Source: the human T2T-CHM13v2.0 reference genome, Homo sapiens. From it: a stretch of DNA of 64,000 nt. Shown piece by piece: positions 29,094 to 64,000 of the stretch. A model generated the notes under the pieces. It did not search any database. It was not told the DNA's origin and saw only the letters and a program-made list of their open reading frames with translations. Each line of letters begins with the position of its first letter. Within the stretch, counting starts at the first letter, position 1. The stretch lies in assembly GCF_009914755.1 (NCBI RefSeq), contig NC_060926.1. One strand, given 5' to 3'. Made by a program: the position numbers and the translations under genes.

Positions 29094-29996
29094 TCAGTAA
29101 AATTTGGGCCTTTTATTGAGTTTGCTTGCTGGGAAGATTGTATCCAGCTCCAGAGATTCTCTTTGACAGGGGGACAAAGACAATTCAATGGAGGAAGGAT
29201 TGTCTTTTCAGCACATGGTGCTGGGAAAACTGGATATCCATCTGTGAAAGTAATCCACCTAAACACATATCTCACACCTATACAAAAATTAAGTCAACAT
29301 GGATCATAGGCCTATAAATAAAATGTAAAACTGTAAAACTTCTAGAAGAAAACTTAGAAGAAAATCTGCATGGCCTTTGGTTTGGTGATAAGTTTTCAGA
29401 TATAAAACCAAAAGCACATTCCATGGAAAATATTGGTAAGTTGGACTTCATCAAAATTTAAAGCTTTTGCCCTGTGATTTACACTAAGAGAATGAAAAAA
29501 TAAGCCAAATCTTGGTTTCTAAATACCATTCTCCATTCTAAGGAATTCAGGGTGCCTTAAAGAAATGGCTAACTCTAGGGCTAGAGCAAGAAAAAATACA
29601 AGATGAACCTGAGCATCCTATAGTGCCAGAAAGTACAGGCGTGCTCAAAATACAAAAGGATAATTCCACAACAATGTGAATGTATTTAATACCGCTTAAC
29701 TGTACATGTAGAAATGATTAAGCTATTAAATATTATGTATGTATATTTTACCACAATTTTTTTTTTTTTAAAAAAGAATGGTGGTCTGTCAAAGGGACAC
29801 AAAAGCCAACCTGAAAAGTGCTTCCCAGGTCAAAGCCAGTACCATTTAGCTACAAAATATTGCATTACCACCAGCAATGAGAGAATCTGTCTCAAACAAC
29901 AACAACAAAAAACCAACAAAAGACAAAATACATATACATGAACCCGTATTGATATACAAATAAGTGATTTAATTAATTAATAAATGGGAGAGATGA

Positions 29997-30328
<332 letters not shown>

Positions 30329-30332
30329 GGGT

Positions 30333-30638
30333 TTTTTTTTTTTTTTTTTTTTTTGGAGATTGGGTCTTACTCTGTTGCAGTTTGGAATGCAATGGCACTG
30401 GTCACGGCTCACTGCAGCCTCAGTCTTCCAGGCTCAAGTGATCCTCCCACCTCAGCCTCCTGAGTAGCTGGGACTACAGGTGTGCGCCACCATGCCGGGC
30501 TAATTTTTAAATTTTTTATAGAGACAGGGTCTTCCTATGTTGCCCAGGCTGGTTTCAAACTCCTGGCCTCAAGTGATCCTCTCTCCTCAGTCTCCCAAAG
30601 TGCTGGGATTACAGGTGTGAGTCACCACACCCCACCCC
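30333..30638 (-). mobile_element. Alu (AluJ-like)
   Basis: Reverse dimer. Confidence 0.9.
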
Positions 30639-30972
30639 AAATTATTTGCATAGATAACCCCCTTCAGGAGGTGCAGCTTAATTCCCCTCCCCCAACACAC
30701 ACACACACCCTCTAGGATGCCTAGACACGGTGACTTGCTTCCATAGGAAAAAGGGGAACATAGTAACTTTACTATTAAAATGGACAGCATCTTAATGATC
30801 AAGGTTAAAATCACCATTAATAAGTCATGTTAATAGCACATACTCCTGATATGACCTGATAAGCATGGGCATTTCACCTCTGTGGTATTCCTCCCCAAAA
30901 TCCATAACCTCAGTCTAATCATGACAACAGGCATACCCAACAGGAGGTATATTCTTTAAAATACCTGAGCAG

Positions 30973-31280
30973 GGCCAGGCGTGATGGCTCACGTTTGTAG
31001 TCTCCGTACTTCGGGAGGCCAAGGCAGGTGGATCACTTGAGGTCAGGAGTTTCAGCACAGCCTGACCAACATGGTGAAACCCTGTCTCTACTAAAAATAA
31101 AAAAATTAGCTGGGCATGGTGGCGCATGCCTGTAGTCCCACCTACTCAGAGGCTGAGGAAGGAGAATCACTTGAACTCGGGAGGTGGAGGTTGTAGTGAG
31201 CTGAGAGATTGAGCCACTGCACTCCAGCCTGGGTGACAGAGAGACACTCCCTCTCAAAAATAAACAAACAAAGAAACAAA
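30973..31280 (+). mobile_element. Alu (AluS-like)
   Basis: Full dimer. Confidence 0.92.
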
Positions 31281-31563
31281 ACCTGAACAGTGCTCTTTGA
31301 AACTCTCAAGGCCATGAAAAACAGGAAAGATTGAGACACAGTCCCAAACCAGAGAAGACAAAGGAGACATGACAACTAACTGTGATGTAGGCCTGGACTG
31401 AATCCTGCAACAGAAAAAGAACATTAGTAGAAACACTTGTGAAATTTGAATAAAGTTTAGAGTTTAACTAATAATGTACAAATGTTGGTTTCTTGGTTTT
31501 AACAAATATACTGTGGTTGATGTAAGATGTTAACAATAGGAGAAACTGGGTAAAGGGGACCTA

Positions 31564-31745
<182 letters not shown>

Positions 31746-31977
31746 ATTTAATTGAAAATTATTCCAAAATCAAAATTTTGTTTAGAAAATAGATAAAGAC
31801 AAAGAAAAATTTGACAATAAAGGTGATGGAAACAACAAAGATATGTAAGAAACTGAGCACAATTTGGGTCTTTGTGGTCAAGTCTGATTGCTAAGAGGAT
31901 TCCTCCCAGCTCTAGAGATTCTTATTCATTATCTGATTACCCACAAAAAAGCAGAAGTTTATTAAACATTGCTCTAA

Positions 31978-32136
31978 TGGGGAAGTTCTCAAACGTGTGT
32001 ATCAGAATCACCTGGAAACTAATGACAAATACTGGGACCAGGGTCATCAAAGTAGACTAGCACTGGGACTTCTGTATTTTTACCAGGTTCCCTGGTGAAC
32101 CTGATACATACCCCAGCTTAAGAACCACTGTTCTAG
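31978..32136. mobile_element. MER5-type hAT MITE
   Basis: gttctcaaac...atcagaatcacctgg...ttaagaaccactg. Confidence 0.7.
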
Positions 32137-32153
32137 TGCTTTTCTGTTGACAT

Positions 32154-33961
32154 TGTCACAGGATCCTTAGGGTGTTGCTTTGCCAGCTGGAAACCTCTGT
32201 GATCAGCAGCACCTCTGCTTGAGTTTTGCTTGCGCCTGCTGGGCTTGTCCTGCCCACTTGGCCTGGCAGGCTACACTTGCTTTGCTGCCGGCCTGGATCC
32301 CACACTTGACAAGGTTGAGGCAGGTGTGGAGCAGTGAGGGGTATGTGAACGAGTGAGCACAGGTTCTTGCCTCTTTGCACAGCCAGGCACACTGGCTGCT
32401 GTGGCAGGGTGGGCAGCTCCAGGCACTGGCACAGGCGCTGGCTCCATGTGACGCTGCAGCTGGACCCGATATACCACAAGCGGCTTCCACTGTGGGCACC
32501 AGCATCTAGACAAGGGGAGTCCAGTGGCACCTAAAAGCTCAGAGATGCCAGGAACTACAGAGTGCCAAAGAAGGTGTTACAGTGTGTCACAGCCCTTGCT
32601 CAGGGAGCCCCAAGGTCTGGGCATCCAGAAGGGCCACAGCTCTTCTCTCCTTCTCATTGCCCGCAGCATGGTGAGTGGGGGGGTGTGTTTTGGGGGGCAT
32701 GTTTCAGCCCATTTGTGTTACAGCTCTTTCAGTCCTGCTGCCACACTCTGGGCCACAGTTCCTGGGCTAGCCCAGCCCCGCTGCTGCTTCCCATCGCATG
32801 GGGCAGCTGTCTGGTGCCAGCAGAGGGTGGGAGAGCTATAGTGTTGCAGCCCTTTAGCTCCCACCATAGCTCAGGGAACCAGCCAGGGAAGTGTTACAGC
32901 TCCTTTTGCTCCTGCCATTTGGTGGGTCCCAAGTTCTTGTCCCATATCCAGGAAGAATGAGGTTGCATGGGCAACTGGAGGGTGATCAAGGCAGAGAAGA
33001 GCTTTATTGGGCAACCAAACAGCTCTCAGCAGACAGGAGACCCAAACTGGGTAGCTCCTATTCATAGGCAGGTATTCCCAATGAGTATAGAGGAGACCCA
33101 AAGTGGGTAGCTCCTATTCATAGGCAGGTATTCCCAACGAGTATAGAGGAGACCCAAAGTGGGTAGCTCCTATCCACAAGCAGGTAATCCTGATGAGTCT
33201 CTGAGTCTGGCTGAGTCTGGGGTTTTTATGAGCTCAGAAGGGAGGAAGTACATGCTGATTGGTTCATGGAAAAGGCACCATCCAACTGGCCAAAAGGCAT
33301 CAAGGAAGTTCTCACTCTGGGTCATGAACTCCACCTGGAACTGGGAGCCAGGCCCCTAGGTTTTAGGCCTGGCCTGAAGATGGGGTTTCACCAGGGACCT
33401 GCTTCTTCCCACCTAGGAACCTGTCTGCCTCCTGCCACCATCAACAGGCCATTTGCAGTGCCCAGGCTGTCTGCAGGCCCACGTCAAGCTGCCCTCAGCA
33501 CCCCAGCCTTCCTCCCATGCTCATTAGTGCCCAAAGTCTGAAGGGGCCGAGGTAGCAGAGGGCTGGTGCCTCAGTACTGCCCCAAGGATACACACACCTG
33601 GCTGGGTTGCACCAGTACCTGGGCTCGGCCACAACTGTGTTCCACACCAGAGTGGGTGCTAGGCATAGGGAGAGGCCAGGGAGTGGGAGCAGGCACTTCT
33701 GAGCTTGTGGGGGAAGGAGGCTTCCTGAGCCCCTGAGAGCATAGGGATGCCTGGGTCTGGAGCCATAGCTGGGCAGCTGCAGCTGCACCCAGGAGTTGGT
33801 GGGCTCCCACCCCACCAACTCGGTAGGGCGTGGGGGCTCCCACTGGGATTCAACTGTTCCTGGCCCCCACGGGCCAGCGAGTGCACAGCCCTGGCCACAC
33901 CTCCCCCGCTACAGCTGGTGTCCTTGCAATGGCCACTCCATACGGATCGCCACTGCCATCA
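32154..33961 (-). mobile_element. MER52-family solo LTR (~1.8 kb)
   Basis: tgtcacaggatccttagggtgttgctttgccagc...gccactgccatca; 4-bp TSD acat. Confidence 0.85.
33035..33200. repeat. 56-bp tandem repeat x3 inside MER52
   Basis: aggagacccaaa.tgggtagctcctat... starts at 33035, 33091 and 33147. Confidence 0.92.
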
Positions 33962-34479
33962 ACATGACTACAAACACGACCATTCATACGTTCAACAGCC
34001 ATTTATTAACTATTATGTGCCAATTCTTTGTCAGTACTAAGAGCACAGTAGTAAACACTCAGGCAAAGTCCATGCCCTAATGGAGCTTACATTCTAATAT
34101 GCAAATAAATATACACTGATGGAGTCTCTCCTTGTATTTCCCAGTTCCAAGTCCCCAGAGAGAAAACCTGATTGGTGTAGCTGGTCACTACCATCCACTT
34201 GTGGGGGGAGAACCTTTTCTAAAGGCCACCTCATTCAGTGTGGGTACTGGCTGCCTGTATATCAGGGTTCCCCTCTAGTCCAGTCAGCTGTGACTGAGAG
34301 TGCATGACACATAACATGGTCTCTCATGTGGTCTCATGTGGTTAGCTCCCTCAGCAAAACAGGCTAGGTTAGGAGATTCTCATCTGCCCTATCCAATGTA
34401 GTTCTTATTCAAATATGGTAGGAACCAAACTTTCTCAGGGTAGTCTGAAGGCAAAAAGATAAGGCTGCACTAACCAATA

Positions 34480-34687
34480 CCAAGCTGAGTATTAATAATC
34501 TAAAAATCCAAAATGCTCCAATTGGAAACTTTTTGAGTACTGATATAACACTCAAAGGAAATGCTCATTGGAGCACTTTGGATTTTGGATTTTTGGATTA
34601 GAGATTCTCAACCAGTAATGTTCCAAAATCCAAAATCCAAAACACTTCTGGTCTCAAGCATTTCAGATAAGGGATATTCAATGTGTA
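34480..34687. mobile_element. Tigger4/MER46-type DNA transposon MITE
   Basis: aaatccaaaatgctcca...ttggattttggatttttggattag...cagataagggatattcaa. Confidence 0.75.
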
Positions 34688-34725
34688 TGATAAAAATGAT
34701 CCCTCCATCATGAACAACTTATTTA

Positions 34726-35151
<426 letters not shown>

Positions 35152-35717
35152 TTAGCCTGTAGACATTTGCTTCTGTTGGACTTCACTTTTCTGCTGCCTC
35201 TGATGTTTCAAAATACCAACCTGCCTGCAGCAGATTCTTACTCCAATTGAAGCTGACTTGACAATAATCTACCACGTGTTCCCTCCATCATGTTGTATTA
35301 TTTATATTAGCTTTGGCAATATCCTTGAGATTTTATTATTTGCCTTCTGTTGGAGCGTATTCTCCAACTAAAAGAGGAAACAACTGGCACCAGGAAAAAT
35401 GGAGCAATCATTCTCACATTTTTTCAGTCCCAAACCAGGTGGGCCCTGTACCTCACCCTCACACCCTCCACCAACTGCTGCTAAAGAAATAACATGGGTT
35501 TTTACCATCACCCTGGGAATTAGGAAAAAAAAGAAAAAAAACCCACAGATTTTGATGAGACACAAATAGTAGCCACAGAGGTCACTTATTAACTGATTCT
35601 GAAAAAAAGGCTTTGAAGCTATTCATTACACACATTCAATTCAAATCAATAAACACTACTACCATGTTCCCAATACTCAACCAGGAACTGGGGATCTCAA
35701 GATGAAAACACATGATC

Positions 35718-35997
35718 GGCTGGGTGTGGTGGCTCACACCTATAATCCCAGCACTTTGGGAGACTGAGGTGGGAGAATCATGTGAGCCCAGGAGTTCGAA
35801 ACAAGCCTGGCAGCATAATGAGACGTCGTCTCTGCAAAAAATCAAAAAAATTAGCTGGGTGTGGTAGTGCGTGCCTGTAGTCTTAGCTACTCGGGAGGCT
35901 GAGGTAGGGATGATTTTGAGCCCAGGAGGTGGAGGCTGCAGTGAGCTGTGATCACACCCCTGCACTGCAGCCTGGGAGACAGAGTGAGACCCATTTC
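35718..35997 (+). mobile_element. Alu (AluJ-like)
   Basis: Full dimer. Confidence 0.9.
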
Positions 35998-36069
35998 ACA
36001 AGAAAGAAAGGAAAAAAAAGAAGGAAGGAAGGGAGGGAGCGAGGGAATGAGGGAAAGAGAAAGAGAGAA

Positions 36070-36109
<40 letters not shown>

Positions 36110-36184
36110 AAGAAAGAAAGAGAGAAAGAAAGAAAGAAGAAAAGAGAGAGAAAGGAAGGAAGGAAGGAAGGAAGGAAAAAAAAA
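35998..36184. repeat. Polypurine compound microsatellite (GAAA/GGAA/GA)n
   Basis: ~185 nt almost purely A/G on the + strand. Confidence 0.95.
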
Positions 36185-38058
36185 TATGATCCTTGCTCTG
36201 AATGAATGGACCACGAATGGTGGAAGACAGGCCTGTGATGATGACGATGATGTCATAGAAATGAAGGAACTGTTTCATGGCAAGGAGAGAGTCACACTGA
36301 CCTTAAGGATAAATAAGTAACATTTGAGATGGGACTTAAAGGATTAGGATTTTTTCAAAGTTAGGATTTTTTAAGTGGAAAATGTAAGGAAGGGCATTCC
36401 AGAAGTAGAGAATAGCATGAATAAAATCAAGAAGGTAAGAAAGTAAATGGCTTGTGTGGAGAATAACAAGCAGCCACTCATGAGGCTGAAACATACACTA
36501 CAGCTCTAAGGAAGGGCTGGACTTGCCCATGGACCACCAACGATCCACAGCCTGGGTTCTATAGGCCGCGGCTGCCATCAGACATATGGGAGACAACTGG
36601 TCCAAAAATTTTGACCACTGAACATGGCAGCAGCTTCCATCATAAAGAGGATTATAATTGCCAAGCAGAATGAGAACATTATAATTAGATCTAGTTCTTC
36701 CATTTATTCTCTTGCATTAAATGTATTAATTTGTTGAATTAGCTGCTAGGCATTCTGGTAAATATCAAGAACATAGAGCCAACTCCACTGCAGACCCTGT
36801 CCTTGAGGAGCCTAATAACTGGAGATTTCATTTATGGATTTATGGATTTATTAGGCCTCCTAAAAATCTGCTATTCACTTACCGATAGCAAAGAAAATTA
36901 TTTTTAAATTTTAAATAATATTTTCTTATTACAAAAGCACTTCATGAGCATCATAGAATATGGAACCAGCCAAAACAAAAAATAAAATATCTCTGTCACC
37001 ACCCAGAGATCACCACTGTAACCCTTGGTTCATATTCTCCTCCCACATCTTCATATGCATACATACATATTAATCTGTATTTTGAGGACATGTTTTTCAT
37101 TTTGTCTACAGACACATCCCGTCTTGTAACCAGCTTTTAAAAAAGACAATAATTTCCACGTTTCCATGTGAATAACTACTCTTCTAATACTCAGTACATA
37201 TTCAAATTTCTCCAAATGAACCAAAAATGTCCTTTACGCTTATTTCTCCAAGTTGGCCCCCAACTCAAGCCCTTGCAATGTGTCTCTTGGTTATATTCTT
37301 CGGGTTCCTTTTAATCTGGCATAGGCCCTTTCATAGGACTCTGACTCGACAAAGAGAACTGGCCAGCTGTCCTGAAGGAAGGCCCACTTCCTGTATTTGC
37401 CTGGTTCCCTGTGGTGTCATTTTACTTGCTCCTCAATTCCCCTTACTTCCTGTAAACATCAAACTCAAGATGCCATAGAGGCAAGTTAACCACCTTGGGC
37501 TAGAATACTTCATGGGCGATAGTACGTACTTTACATTGCATCACATAGGAATCCACATAATACCTGGTTGACGCAACATCAGTCCAACTGACCACAAAGC
37601 AACTAGGGGTTTCAGAGGGAGTACACGTAAGGGGCAAAAGCAGCAACGGAATACGACAACGGAATAAGCATGAATACGACCTGGCTACCTGAAGGAGGTA
37701 GGACGGGGAACCGAGCAGCAGCAGGTGGTGGAATGCCAGGGAAATCCAACCGTGCTTCCCACGCTGGCATCGCTCTGATTATGACCAATCCTCTAATCTT
37801 ATTCTCACAATTAGGGAGGAAGAAAAAAAAACAAACCCAAACCAAAAAAGAAGTTGGTAGGTGACTCTGTGAGACTACTGTTTTATAAAGGGAGCGTTTC
37901 CTTTTATAAAATTTAGCTGAGCAGATGCTAGGCAGCCCACAGGAGGCCACTATTCCCCTCAGCTGTACAGTTTGGGAAAATACCTACACACCCGGAGAAC
38001 AGAGAGCTTGGTGTGTGTTGAGTTCGCTCCTGTTCATCAGCAGCCCTTTCCCCGTCTC

Positions 38059-38077
38059 TGGCCACCAGGGGGACCTG
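38059..38077 (+). promoter_or_regulatory. CTCF-like motif
   Basis: TGGCCACCAGGGGGACCTG versus consensus TGGCCACCAGGGGGCGCTA. Confidence 0.55.
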
Positions 38078-38186
38078 CAACCAAGTATGTGTTCTTTCAG
38101 GCGAGCGGGAACGCGTCTGCATAAATCTAGTCCAATCCAGGGCCCCGTAGCAAGGCGCCAAAGCTGGGGGAAGCGCATTTCTGTTC

Positions 38187-38196
38187 TCTCGCGAGC
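38187..38196. promoter_or_regulatory. TCTCGCGAGA-type (BANP/ZBTB33-associated) CpG-island motif
   Basis: TCTCGCGAGC, 9/10 match. Confidence 0.45.
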
Positions 38197-38280
38197 ACGA
38201 CGCGGTGCCTCCCAGTCCTCCTCCGGCCCTCCCTCTCCGCCCTCCCGGCCCGCGAGCGCTCGGGCCCCTTCCAGTGGCTC

Positions 38281-38296
38281 GCGGCAGGTGGCGCTG
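38281..38296 (+). promoter_or_regulatory. CTCF-like motif
   Basis: GCGGCAGGTGGCGCTG versus CCAGCAGGTGGCGCT. Confidence 0.45.
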
Positions 38297-38379
38297 TCTG
38301 CGGCGTCGCAGCGGCCCGGGCTGCAGCAGAGACGATCTCCCGGCGGGCTGTGCGGCCCGGCTCTCCGGCGGCAGCGAGT

Positions 38380-38388
38380 GCCACGTCC
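38380..38388 (-). promoter_or_regulatory. GASE (ACGTGGC) / UPRE-like bZIP-bHLH site
   Basis: + strand GCCACGTCC = - strand GGACGTGGC. Confidence 0.45.
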
Positions 38389-38477
38389 CAAGTGCTACGC
38401 GGAGGATTAGAGCAGGCGGTGCGCTGGGGGCGGGAGCAGCGCGGAGCCCGGCTCGGCCACACCGATCGCCCGCCGCC

Positions 38478-63913
<25,436 letters not shown>

Positions 63914-64000
63914 GTAAGATCACGTTCCTACCTGAGTATATCATAAAGTTTTTACCAAAACGAGTCACGTGTTTCAGTGCTACTATATGGCAGTAGCACT

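Noticed and set aside
35929-36278. Lys/Arg/Glu-rich and Phe/Leu/Ser-rich ORFs
   Set aside because: Translation of a GA microsatellite
38081-38100. Possible upstream first-exon donor (caa|GTATGT) followed by an acceptor-like ttctttcAG
   Set aside because: Plausible motifs, but nothing in the sequence defines a TSS or partner site; needs transcript data

Overview
Primate (almost certainly human) genomic DNA. 1-38,000 is repeat-rich intergenic sequence. A CpG-island promoter at ~38.1-39.1 kb drives GORASP2 (GRASP55, Golgi reassembly-stacking protein 2) on the + strand. Coding exons 1-6 are present (38478-38540, 57485-57565, 58674-58877, 59339-59425, 60463-60593, 63781-63913; 699 nt, 233 codons, all GT-AG) and the gene continues past the window. 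About 48 Alu copies, old L1/L2/MIR and DNA-transposon relics, and a dense cluster of ERV solo LTRs (23-34 kb) make up most of the rest. I see no prokaryote-type system, RNA gene or new protein-coding gene. The most interesting observations are: (1) a 104-nt, partly Alu-derived cassette exon in intron 1 that would stop the myristoylated ORF after 23 codons and supply new in-frame ATGs; (2) an LTR12 and an LTR13 nested 58 bp apart inside a third LTR; (3) a 5'-inverted L1 with an unusually large gap; (4) two dispersed local duplications; (5) a GASE/UPRE-like motif and CTCF-like sites in the promoter. Repeat subfamily names and boundaries are from visual recognition and are approximate.
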